The notes beneath the pieces were generated by a model. It saw nothing but the letters and a program-made list of their open reading frames with translations, had not been told where the DNA came from and searched no databases. Positions 1 to 11,193 of a stretch of DNA of 23,312 nt are shown piece after piece (the stretch's first letter is position 1; each line of letters starts with the position of its first letter). Position numbers and translations under genes: made by a program. Source of the stretch: Octopus sinensis (taxonomy: Eukaryota); assembly GCF_006345805.1 (NCBI RefSeq), contig NW_021836626.1:1-23312 (forward strand). The letters are read 5' to 3'.

Positions 1-377
1 TCATGACCAGTAGCATCATTATCCCCTGCATCGAATTTGCCGTCGTAGTCGTCACCAATCCCATCGTTTTCATAACTATCTTTATAATCATCATCATTAT
101 CATTAGCATTATATTAAAGATACGACAATATCCCAAAGTTCGTTATACTTTTCTCAGTTTTTTTCCTGTTTCATTTTATTTATTCCTACAAAAACGAAAC
201 AGTGTTCTATATATAATGGCTCATGCTCTTCATTTTCGTTTCCTTACGTTTTGATTTTAAATATTACTCGAATGTTCTTAACCTGGTATCAATGAATAAT
301 TCATCGTATATGAATAGTAATTGCTTCTTCCAAGAAAAACCTTCCCTCAAATTATATATACTTCTTCTCAATGGATT

Positions 378-455
378 CTTTTGTTCATCTGCTTGTTTCA
401 GTCATCTGTGCAGCCATGCTGGAGCACCGCCTTCAAGGGTTTTAGTCAAACAAAT
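378..455 (-). mobile_element. SINE 3' tail fragment (GGCGGTGCTCCAGCATGG-type tail)
   Basis: Minus strand reads ...AAGGCGGTGCTCCAGCATGGCTGCACAGATGACTGAAACAAG. The same tail occurs at 21863-21954 and closely matches the LINE 3' end at about 6790-6830. Confidence 0.75.
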
Positions 456-492
456 AAATAACAGCAATAAATAACAGTAATAAAGTATATAA

Positions 493-756
493 AATAAATA
501 AATAAATAAATGCGCCCTTTTAAAGCCTAGCCAGGGTCATGGGCCTGGTTTACTGGAGTATGTGTTCATGAGCTGGACGGGACGCCAATCCATCGCAGCG
601 TTACTCATTTTTGCCAGCTGAGTGGACTGGAGCAACGTGAAATGAAGTGTTTTTTTAAAAAACACAATGCGTCGCTCGGTCCAGGAATCGAAACCACAAT
701 CTTACGATCATGATGCTGACACCCTAACCACTAAGCCATGCGCCTCCACAAAAAAA
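493..756 (-). mobile_element. tRNA-derived SINE, full length, CORE-like centre
   Basis: A box TGGCTTAGTGG (728-738) and B box GGTTTCGATTCC (684-695) on the minus strand. Tetranucleotide tail at 495-510. 11-bp direct repeat AAAGTATATAA at 482-492 and 757-767 is the probable TSD. Head and tail are shared with the copy at 12134-12429. Confidence 0.9.
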
Positions 757-857
757 AAAGTATATAAGTGAAATAATATATATATATATATAACAGATGT
801 ATACGCTGTAAGGTTGAATGTTTAAATTGTAGCATGTGTATGTATGTAGCAATCCCC

Positions 858-920
858 CGTCGCGGGTTCGATCCCACCGTGTGACATCAGAGCGAGTGTT
901 TTTACAATAGTTTCGGGTGA
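858..920 (+). mobile_element. Degenerate SINE fragment (B box plus start of core)
   Basis: GGGTTCGATCCCACCGTGTGACATC...GAGTGTTTTTACAATAGTTTCGGG aligns with 10585-10645. Confidence 0.55.
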
Positions 921-1867
921 ATACAATTGAATAGACTGAATGTTTATGAAAGTTCTAACGGATTCAAAATCCATGCTAACTCAGCTTCAGAATAACTCTA
1001 TTAGGACAAATTGCTATGGATTGGCCCTCCATTGATATACGAATTCGATGACGATTGAATATCTGAATCTTCATCGTGGACACCGACGGAAACCCATTTA
1101 CTCATTTTACTATATTTTCCAAATATTATCCCCCACTTTTATTTTTTTTTTACTTGATTCAAATGTCCAGCTTTCATTTAGCGAGTGATTAATTGATTAT
1201 GCGAGAGAGTTACGTGACATGTATGTCCATCATATCAAACTGACAAACGAAGGAAAACATGACGTGTACCTCAACCTCAAGTATATCACAAGGCGAAAGT
1301 GATCTGAAGTGGCTACATTACGGAATCACAATAGAAACCTGGTCGCTGATTTCACTCAAAAGAGATTGACTTTGTATTACATCATTGACCACATAATTCT
1401 GAATGAAGTCACATATATGAAATGCATGAATATGTGACAGCTTGATTTTTATACCAAAAACACAAAGATGGAAAAGATCTATATATTTCAAAATATGTCT
1501 CCCTTTTACACTTATCTATCATATATATTCTGCTTTTCTTTTTTTTTTTTTCTCTCAAGAAAAAAATCGACGAAAAGAGGGAAGCAGCCACGGGACTAAG
1601 TGTTAGCAGCCATACTTTAAGCCTTGTTATTACATGCAAAATGCAAGAAAATTCGCTGTTGTTTTGCATATAACGTTTAGGCGTTTATCGTTATTTACAC
1701 ATTCACTATCTTACACATGAAACTGAAGTCAGAAACACGCAAACATACGCCTAGACAGGCATACATCGCATCGGAAGAAAGACATAGCTGTACATTCATG
1801 TAATCGTGCTCTAATACTATACGTCACGCTCCTTAATGGTAGCACATTGTACAAAACAATTAGATTG

Positions 1868-1885
1868 TATGCGTGTATATATATG

Positions 1886-1918
<33 letters not shown>

Positions 1919-1977
1919 TATATATAATATACTATATATTATATATATATATAGATGTGTGAATGTGCATATGTGTG

Positions 1978-2035
<58 letters not shown>

Positions 2036-2152
2036 TATACACACATACCACATTATTATATCATATATTGTATAAGTATATATATATGTATGTATATACA
2101 TATATACATATAGATATTGCACACATACATGCATATGCATGTGTGAATGATC

Positions 2153-2191
<39 letters not shown>

Positions 2192-2415
2192 TACACACAT
2201 ATATATATACGTACATATACAAATATATTATATCATATATATGTATAAGTATATACATATACATATATATATATATATATAGATATGCACATATATATAT
2301 ATATACATATATACATATAGATATGCACACACACGCATATATATATGTATGTATGTACGTATGTATGTATGTATGTATGTATGTATTCATTTATCTATCT
2401 ATCTATCTATCTCTC
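1868..2415. repeat. Compound (TA)n/(TATG)n/(TATC)n microsatellite
   Basis: Directly visible; source of the IYIY/YMYV ORFs. Confidence 0.95.
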
Positions 2416-2744
2416 TAGCCAGGTTTCCATCTAAGTATATATATGCATAGAAAGATATAAGGAGATTTCTAAATGTGCCTCAATGTGGGACAGCGTGTGT
2501 TTGTGTGTATATGTGTGTATTTTTTTTCTATGTATATCTATGCCTCTGCATGTGTTGTTAATGGAAACACGTAATTGATAAAACAAAACACATCAACGAA
2601 CCCTAACAACCAAATATAACGTCTTTATCGCCAACATGATCAACAATAACAACAAGAACAACAACAACAACAAATCAACAACCTTTGAAAATAGCATAAA
2701 GCTATCTGTAATAGCAAAGACAGCATTATATAATTTGATCCACA

Positions 2745-2834
2745 CACACATACACACACACTCACACACATGCACACATATGTATATATATCTCAATATA
2801 TACGTCCATATATATATATATATATATATGTACG

Positions 2835-2886
<52 letters not shown>

Positions 2887-3016
2887 TACATTAAATGTCT
2901 ATGCATCATCTATCTATTCATATATACATATATATCTATATGTATGTATGTATATATATATATATATATATTTTATATATATATATCATGTATATGTACA
3001 TGTATATGTGTATGTT

Positions 3017-3050
<34 letters not shown>

Positions 3051-3066
3051 TATATATATATATATA
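2745..3066. repeat. (CA)n/(TA)n microsatellite
   Basis: Directly visible. Confidence 0.95.
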
Positions 3067-3239
3067 TGGACAAAAGCTACAAGGCATCAACGAAGATGGC
3101 GGCTATGACAACGACACAGTATTACAAATACGATACAAAAAAAAGACAACTGATACAACAAACAAATTTTAAAAAAGAAATATATATATATATAGGAAGT
3201 GACAACAAACTACGACAATGGTAGTGATGACATTTATTC

Positions 3240-3960
3240 TTGAAACAAGAGGATTTGTGGCGAAACAGAAGAACTAAAAGAGCACGTCATAGTAGATGTG
3301 CCAATTAGAATATTCTGCAAATGAAACCTGCCAGGCCAAGATAAGAAGGCAATTTTGGGCATAATATGAACATTCTTCAACAGATTAACCCTTAACAGAG
3401 CCTTAATCGAAGAAAACAACGAAGATTCGCGAAACGAATTCTGATCCATTCACAGGAAAAGAATGAGATTCTTGTGAATTTTCGAAAGAGATGCTATCAT
3501 TACAATGTAACAAAAATTAACGATGATATGAAAGAAAACATATAAAAAATATTTAAGAAATTATAAATATATAAGGAAAAAAAATAGAAATAAGTTGGAA
3601 GGAGAGCAAAAAATATACAATGATAAAAAGAAATTAGAAAGCCCTAAGATGTGATACAAAAACAAAATCTGTGCAAAATGCATGGCAATAATAACAGACA
3701 AATATATCTTGTAAAATAAAAGTAAGCTGTTGGACGTAAAGAAAGAATGGTTGAAAAGCGAATTAATAGAGGAAATAAAAAGGAAAAAAATGTGAATAGT
3801 TTGGAAACAATGAAAATATATAATAAAACACTAAGAGTTAAAAATCACTAACAGCAAAAATATCTAATATCTAATAGCCAAGAAAATTAGAAGAAAATTA
3901 CAAAAACTTAAAAAAAGGAAACGTGTTGAGATAGTGCAAGGGTTGGGTTGGTGGCTTAGT
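3240..3960 (+). mobile_element. Possible highly decayed L1/Tx1-like LINE 3' relic
   Basis: A-rich, purine-biased stretch. About 3259-3300 translates CGETEELKEHVIVD, resembling the C-terminal CCHC (zf-RVT-like) motif. All frames are otherwise broken. Confidence 0.25.
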
Positions 3961-4447
3961 AAGATAGGGGATGCTGCAGCAGGAGGGGAGGACTGGGAAT
4001 GGTAAACTGGTTAAAATACTTGACCAGGAAAAAATGACAGAATGACTGAAAATGAATTGCAGCAATGTCATTATAACATGATAGGAAACCTTATGTGTTA
4101 TGGAGTGCGGCATATAGTAAAAATTGTAAATAAAATAATAGAAAATTCAAGGGTAGAAAATGAAGTATGAATGCATATAATATATACACATACACAAATC
4201 TACCTATACATTTGCATGTATATATATATATATATATATATGTGTGCGTTTGTATATGTGTGTACATGAGGAATTTAAAACTAACAGCAAAAAAGTAACA
4301 TGGTGTTTTTTTCTTCTATCCTTTTCAAATAACAATAAAATAATAAACTAAAGCTGAAGAAAAAAATGGCAGGAACTAAGAGAAAGTATTATTTGTAATG
4401 AACAGTGAGATAATGAAAATGACGCCAGCAATTAGCAGTACATAAAA

Positions 4448-4474
4448 CTATCGCATCATTCTCAAGAGAGATGA
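4448..4474 (-). CDS. Candidate terminal exon of minus-strand gene (SSLLRMMR*)
   Basis: Strong acceptor ttttttttcttcttggctcttacag (CAG at 4475-4477). Phase 0 is compatible with the exon at 8340-8367. No homology evidence. Confidence 0.25.
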   Translation of the reverse strand, partial: SSLLRMMR

Positions 4475-4529
4475 CTGTAAGAGCCAAGAAGAAAAAAAAC
4501 TCTGAACAAATAGAAAATGAAATAAATAA

Positions 4530-4549
4530 ATAAATGATAATAACATCAA

Positions 4550-4586
<37 letters not shown>

Positions 4587-4769
4587 TAATAATAATGTAT
4601 AATAAAATATAGTAATAATATTAATAATAATAATAATAATAATATAAAAAATAATAATAATAATAATAATAGTAAATAATGCATAATAATAATAAGTAAT
4701 GATAATAATAATATAATAATAATGATAATAATAATTAATAATAATAATAGTAATCAATAAATAATAAGA

Positions 4770-4823
<54 letters not shown>

Positions 4824-4850
4824 TCATGATGATGACGATGATAATGATGA
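4530..4850. repeat. (AAT)n microsatellite, interrupted
   Basis: Directly visible. Confidence 0.95.
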
Positions 4851-5240
4851 AGTAAAGGAGCATTTTCTCTTTTTTTAAAAGACAAAGCTTCCTCATATTG
4901 TCACCACACACACAGACACAGACACACACACAGAAATAAGGAAAAATTCGTAATGGATGTAATACGTATTAAAGGAGTCTGATGTGCGGGTAAACAAATC
5001 GCTTCGGAGCTGAGAAAGAAACACCTCCTAAAGGGCCTAAAAAAATTGCATGAACTTACACAAATACACGTATAGAATCAGATGCATATGCACCCGCCTT
5101 GCATATATGAAATGAAACTATATTCTATATGTATATATGTGTGTATACATTATTATATATGCATATATATATATATATATAAACATATATACATCCATAT
5201 ATCTGTATGTCTCTATCCCTGTCTCTCTCTATATATATAT

Positions 5241-5394
5241 AATTAGTGTACATTTATACACAAAAGAGGTGACCTTAACAGGACACCTTACATGCTAAAA
5301 GGAAACAGTCAAAGCTTTGGGCTTTGACTGTTCCTTTCAACATGTAAGGTGTCCTGTAAAGGTCACCTGTTTAATGTATAAATGTACACTAATT
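5241..5394. repeat. Foldback palindrome / MITE-like element
   Basis: Arms 5241-5315 and 5321-5394, loop TTTGG. Six mismatches and one indel over 75 nt; flanked by TA-rich sequence. Confidence 0.9.
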
Positions 5395-5579
5395 TTATAT
5401 GAAAAATGTGTTGTCTGTTGACTATTTTATGCATGCTAGCTACTGGTAGAAAGATTTCTCTAATGTTCCTACTCGATATATATTGTCTATATATATATAT
5501 ATATATATATATACTTATATTCATACATAGATATATATGTGCAAATTTATATACATATATATATATATTATATATATAT

Positions 5580-5617
<38 letters not shown>

Positions 5618-5918
5618 CATACATACATACATACATACATACATACATACATACAACATACACTCACATATAGACATAGAATGCATTTGTATGAAGAAAT
5701 TATTTTCATCCTCAAAAAACAAAGTCAGACAACAAAGCAAGCGTATATGCGCACATTTTGGGTAACGCACGTACGAAAAGAAATACTAATCCAAAAGAGA
5801 CCTGCATGTGTTAACAGGGGATGGTATTGTAATAAGACACAATGTATTATATTATGCAACAGGCTCTCTGTCCGAAGTTTCTAAACAGAACTAAAGATAA
5901 TTATATAGACACACATAC

Positions 5919-5960
5919 AACACGATGCCCACTAACAGATATAAGCTTGTGTGCTGAAAT
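5919..5960 (-). CDS. Candidate 42-nt exon (ISAHKLISVSGHRV); alternative acceptor gives 35 nt
   Basis: Acceptor aattatgttcag, donor GTT|gtatgt; phase 0 to 0. Confidence 0.2.
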
Positions 5961-6419
5961 CTGAACATAATTTGTAGACGTAGAAAATTATATATAGTAA
6001 CATACAAATATTTTATAGCCAGTCAACCCCAGTTGAAACACTCCTGTCACAACCTGGGAGCTTGAAGACTGCTTTAATGCAAGAAAGTATACTAGTCCCT
6101 TAATATTTGACATTCAGTATTTCATCTATTCAATAAGACAATCAATACTTCATTTTATTATACTATATATATTATTTATACTATATATTCTATATTCTAC
6201 ATTGATATTATAAACAATATAAATAATACATAAAAAACAGAGTTGGAATTCCTTTGAATAATACTTTTCCCTCTATACACAATCATAGAAACCCCTATTT
6301 GTATATATATAATATATAATATATATATAATATCTATATATATATATAGAGAGAGAAGAGAGAGAGAGAGAGAAGAAGGAGGGGTGATATGTATGTGGGT
6401 GTTTGTTCTTTCTCGAACC

Positions 6420-6670
6420 ATGTCTGGCTCGTAAGGGTCGGTTTAAACGGTTTCATTGGCTTATAGGTCTCACCTAGACGCGACGCTTGTCTGTCGCAGT
6501 GATTTCTGCTAGATGCAAGGGAAAGTGTGAGAGAAGTTGTGCCGAAAGAACCAGCTGAGGTTTCCATTACATTCTGGTGGAACCTGGTGGAGATTAGGTG
6601 TTTTCACTCATACACTCACACATCGCCCAGTCTGATATTCGAACACCGATTACGCTGCCATGTGCCTCCA
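6420..6670 (-). mobile_element. tRNA-derived SINE, diverged, internally deleted head
   Basis: Ends in GTGCCTCCA like the other copies (GCGCCTCC). Centre GAAAGTGTGAGAGAAGTTGTGCCGAAAG...TTAGGTGTTTT aligns with 12258-12350. Tail GGCTC..GGTTT..CGGTTTC..TGGC aligns with 12180-12215. Confidence 0.75.
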
Positions 6671-6697
6671 TATATATAATATATATGTATATATAGC

Positions 6698-6743
<46 letters not shown>

Positions 6744-6762
6744 ATATATATATATATATATA

Positions 6763-7240
6763 TCCTTAAATCCTTAAATCCTTAAAAATGTTTTAGCCTG
6801 AAGGCCGCGGCCATGCTGGGGCACCACCGCTGAATGAGCTACACTAGTTTGTGAATCCACCTCTGATACGTGGCACTTGATCAACAAGGGAGTTCGATGC
6901 TGCTGCGCCCGCATCCGTGTCTCCTGTCGTGAGGTAGGTTCATCTGGGACTCCCAACAAGAAGAGATCCAGTTTAGTTTTAAAGAAACCCACATCCACAC
7001 CATGTAAGTCTCTCAGACATTTAGGGAGATGTTAAAGAGCTGTGGTCCTCTGAAACCCAAGCTGTTGCAGTATCTGGACCTGTATTTTGATGGTGATGTT
7101 GGAATCCTTGGCACCACGCAGCGGCGCCCCGTTCTGCGGTTGGAGTAACTTTGAATGCCAAAGTTTGGGACAAGACCCTCCAGGATTTTCCAGATGTATA
7201 TCACTGCATATCTCTCCCGCCTCCGCTCCAGGGAGAACAT
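6763..7240 (-). mobile_element. 5'-truncated CR1/L2-group non-LTR retrotransposon: ORF2 C-terminus plus 3' tail
   Basis: Translates FSLERRRERYAVIYIWKILEGLVPN...GPQLFNI, then after a frameshift near 7037 PKCLRDLHGVDVGFFKTKLDLFLLGVPDEP, typical of the post-RT end of CR1-like ORF2. Ends in an 8-bp tandem tail (TTTAAGGA)x3 at 6763-6786. Embedded in (TA)n on both sides. Confidence 0.85.
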
Positions 7241-7276
7241 AATATATTATATTATATATATATTATATATATATAT

Positions 7277-7307
<31 letters not shown>

Positions 7308-7505
7308 GTATATATGTATATATGTATATATATATAATATTATATTATATATGGATATATATAATATATTATATATTTATCATATACATATATGTATGTA
7401 TATGTATATATATATATTATATATATATATATATATATTTATTCATATATATATATACATATAATATTATATATTATATATATATATATATATATGTATG
7501 TATGA

Positions 7506-7536
<31 letters not shown>
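7241..7536. repeat. (TA)n-rich microsatellite between LINE and Penelope relics
   Basis: Directly visible. Confidence 0.95.
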
Positions 7537-7931
7537 CTTAGATTAAAAGCACCAGTAGAAGGGAATATAACCAAAGTTTGCGTGTATTCTATCCCATGCA
7601 TTTGTGGTAGGTTATACAATGGAAAAACATGCCACACCCTCACAATATGGGTAGACGAACTTTGCAAAGCTGTGACAAGAGGAGATATTGATAATTCGGG
7701 TATAGCTGACCATGTATGGAAAAATGTGGACCAGCTCCCCCTGTGGGGTGAAGTTAAAATAATAGACAGAGAACACCACTAAAAATACGAAAACTAAATT
7801 AAAGCAGCACATATGTTAGAACGCAACAACCTCCTAAGCAGACCGAGTGTAGATATAGTTATGAGTAGTGTATGGGAGCCGATATTAAGGAAGGATAGGG
7901 AAATATTAGATTTATAAGACCTAAAATAAAT

Positions 7932-8008
7932 TCACTGCATATGGCGTAGTGGTTAAGAGTGTGGGCTACTAACCCCAAGATTCTGAGTTCAATTCCAGGC
8001 TGTGACCA
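7932..8008 (+). promoter_or_regulatory. tRNA-like Pol III module inside the Penelope terminal region
   Basis: A box TGGCGTAGTGG (7942-7952), anticodon-like arm GGG-CTACTAA-CCC, B box GAGTTCAATTCC, and acceptor-like pairing TCACTGC/GCTGTGA with one mismatch. Not a canonical tRNA. Confidence 0.7.
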
Positions 8009-8013
8009 GAATA

Positions 8014-8044
<31 letters not shown>

Positions 8045-8105
8045 TAACAACAATAACATCGAAAAATATCTTAGGAATGGGAACCCAGGTTCGAAATATC
8101 CCCAG

Positions 8106-8152
8106 GACACCTGATGAAGGCTGGAGGGTATATCAGCCGATACGTTGGTGTT
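8106..8152 (+). ncRNA. Degenerate minimal type I hammerhead ribozyme motif
   Basis: Stem I GACAC/GTGTT; core CTGATGA (8111-8117); stem II GGCTG/CAGCC; GATA instead of GAAA (8139-8142); short ACGT palindromic stem III; extra G at 8147. Confidence 0.65.
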
Positions 8153-8339
8153 AACAACAAACAAGATGTGGACAAATATCCGTCAAATGTAAATAATGTA
8201 AATAATTTCTATTTTAATTCAAAAAAATTCATTCGTGACAAAATCAAATTATTTCAAAAACCTTTTGCTGTAGTTATCTATTGATACTCTGAACACAGAG
8301 TATATATAGAAACAATGAGACTTAAAACAATATTCTTAC

Positions 8340-8367
8340 GCTTCTTTCATACATTCGTACAAGGATT
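8340..8367 (-). CDS. Candidate 28-nt microexon (ILVRMYERS)
   Basis: Acceptor atcatctctacag, donor AGC|gtaaga. Phase 2 to 0, matching the end phase of the exon at 11791-11860. Confidence 0.4.
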
Positions 8368-8597
8368 CTGTAGAGATGATCTATGTGCCAAACTGACATC
8401 ACGTGATTTAAAGTCAATTTGACCGTTTGCTCTACAGTCTCTGAAGACTTGAAGATGTTTATCTGATTATGAGGTTATGAATTACATCGCAAAATTTCCA
8501 TTAATGAAATGCGTGCAAAAATGTATAAATACACAAAAAGCTTCTCACATTTCTTCTATTGCTTTAATTTATATACAAACATACGTATACACAGAAC

Positions 8598-8657
<60 letters not shown>

Positions 8658-9204
8658 CCATAAATACATATATTTACACATACATGAATTTGTGCATATA
8701 CATATGCATATATGCTCAGATAAGGGTATGTTTATCTTTATGTTTGTTTGTGTGTGTGCTTGTGTCGGTGTGTGTGAGGTGGTGTGTACGTGTGTCGTTA
8801 TATGTTTAATATTATAAGCGTGTCTTTTATAAAGTCTTTTACAGGAATATTTAGCTGTTGTGAAATCATTAAGAGGTGTGAATGATATAACTCCTATAAT
8901 GGCGAGGAAGGTGAAAACGCCAAACACGGAAAGGTTCCGGTGCTGTTGTTTGTTTAAATTAAATTTTGGGTGGAGGAACAAATAAAATGAAACGGGCGAT
9001 TTACTCCCGAAACAAAACAAAATAGATGAAACACAGCATCATCATCCTCACCATTAGAAACAGCATCAGCTAACAGAATAGCTGAATGATTAATTTTTAT
9101 TTGTCTTTGTTTTAAACGATGGTTCTTCTAGTTCAACGCTCGACAGCATAAGATAACCGTGACAGGGGAAGAAAAAGAAACGGTAAAGAAAATATTTAGA
9201 AGAA

Positions 9205-9314
9205 GAAGACAACAACAACAACAACAACATCAACAGCTAAAAGACAACAGGAACGACAGCAATAATGATGCTAATAATAATGACACTAATAATAATCTGA
9301 AGAAAAACACAGCA

Positions 9315-9360
<46 letters not shown>

Positions 9361-9572
9361 TAATAATAATAATAATAATAATAATAACGATAATAATAAT
9401 AATAACGATAATAGTAATAATAATAATTATACTAATAATAATAATAATAGTGTTAATAATAACTATAATAATAATAATGATAATGATAATAATAATGATA
9501 ATAATAATAATAATAATGATAATAATAACAATAATAATGATAATCAAAATAATAATAATAATAATTATGATG

Positions 9573-9604
<32 letters not shown>

Positions 9605-9605
9605 G
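9205..9605. repeat. (CAA)n then long (AAT)n microsatellite
   Basis: Directly visible; source of poly-Ile ORFs. Confidence 0.95.
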
Positions 9606-9759
9606 TAGTTTTATTGTTTTTGTTATCGTCATTATCGCTGTTGTCATTTTCTTGTTAATATTGTAATTATTGTTGTTATTGTAACTGTTGGTATGGACGT
9701 TATTGATACCATCAGCATTACGATTTTTCTTTGTACATCATCCCCTTCATCCTCCGCAG

Positions 9760-9765
9760 TAGTAT

Positions 9766-9815
<50 letters not shown>

Positions 9816-9860
9816 ACAGTAGTAGTAGCAGTAGTAGCTGTTCTTGTTGTTGTTGTTTTT
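9760..9860. repeat. (GTA)n/(GTT)n microsatellite
   Basis: Directly visible. Confidence 0.95.
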
Positions 9861-10550
9861 GTTTGGGTATTGTTATATAACGAAACTCAAAAGTGAGCTT
9901 GAATACAGATTTGAGATATGGCGGACAAGTGACAAAAACGAAAAAGCATGCATTAAACATAGACACACATGCACACACCCGTACACAGACACACACATAC
10001 ATTCACACATACACCACTCACATCTCTCTCACTCTCTCTTTCTTTCTCTCACACACACACTCCCATACACACACACATACACAGACACGGATTAACTTTT
10101 TCCCAACCCTGCCAAAAAATTGAGGCAAAATATTACGTAAACATGCATGGGGTTAATTTTTCTTTTCTCTCCCTTAATCGTTATCAAGCTTCTTCAAAAA
10201 ATATTTCACTTGTTGTTGTTCTTGCTCCGCTTGTCATTATTGATACTATTGCAGCTATCATTGTTGTTGTTGTTGTTGCTGTCGACGATTTATTTCTTGT
10301 TTGAGGTTTTTACGCTTTTGTTCCTCCCTTTAATTTTGAAAAGAATTTTTACAAAATTCCGTGAAAAGATTTTTCCGAAAAGACAATATGGAGGTATTTT
10401 CCTTTCCTTTCTTCTCATTTTCTTTGTTATCTGGAACATTATGGAGAGTATCATTTAATTATAAGCTACTGCTTTGGGTTGGTTTGGAGGTCGAAGAGGA
10501 ATTTGATAAATTTTTCTTTTTTTTTTTTTTTGGTTTTTACAGAATGTTGA

Positions 10551-10695
10551 TCAGGCATGTTTGCAAGAAATTTGCTTCTCATTTACATGGTCTTGGGTTC
10601 AGTTCCCTTGTGTGGCACCTTGGGAAAGTATCTTTTACTATAGCTTCAGGCCGACCAAATGGTTGTGACTGGATTTGGCAGACGGAAAGTGACTA
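10551..10695 (+). mobile_element. tRNA-derived SINE 5' half with CORE-like CCTTGGG-AAG segment
   Basis: GGGTTCAGTTCCC (B-box-like), then GTGGCACCTTGGGAAAGTATCTTTTACTATAGC...GGCCGACC...GGATTTGGCAGACGGAAA, ending in (TA)n. Resembles the abundant octopus OR-type SINE as recalled, not verified by search. Confidence 0.75.
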
Positions 10696-11148
10696 AAGCA
10701 AGTTGTATATATATATATCGCACAGGAAACTTATATGTATACCATTCTGCTGTAAGACCTCTATATAAATGTTCTGAAATCTTTCACAGCCTTGGATTTT
10801 TATCTCATTCTGTTAATTCTTTATATATATATATATAAATTATAAATTAGGGTGTCTAAGAGATACGACCACGCTTGAAATAGCAAACAAAACTTGACTC
10901 TAAAACCACATTAAAATTAATACAGCACCAGGAGAGTAAATAAAAAGACAAAATAAACTAGCAAAAAAATACTGGATAATTCCAGATCTCAGATTTCTGG
11001 CTCGGCAAAGAAATGCTTTGCCTCATCAGTTGAATATACACAGCACATAAATTACCATATATATATATATATATATTATTATATATATAATATATTATAT
11101 ATATATATATATTATATATATATATATTATATATATATGATATATGTG

Positions 11149-11193
<45 letters not shown>

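Larger units (their letters stand above)
7538..8206 (+). mobile_element. Penelope-like retroelement 3' end (GIY-YIG endonuclease remnant plus terminal region)
   Basis: VYSIPCICGRLYNGKTCHTL...SGIADHVW...LPLWGEVKIIDREHH*KIRKL from 7582 matches the PLE GIY-YIG domain; premature stop at 7780-7782. Followed by a hammerhead motif and the tail AAATGTAAATAATGTAAATAAT. Confidence 0.85.

Noticed and set aside
7932-8008. Functional tRNA gene (anticodon ACT)
   Set aside because: T-stem does not pair and the acceptor-to-D-arm spacing is off; it sits inside a retroelement, so it is treated as a Pol III-like module.
8845-8985. Plus-strand 46-codon frame after a good acceptor (EYLAVVKSLRG...RFRCCCLF...)
   Set aside because: No recognisable homology, no good donor, and no linked upstream exon; may be chance.
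10780-10915. Possible additional decayed SINE tail (GCTTGAAATAGCAAACAAAAC...)
   Set aside because: Similarity rests on recollection only and there is no second copy in the window to confirm it.
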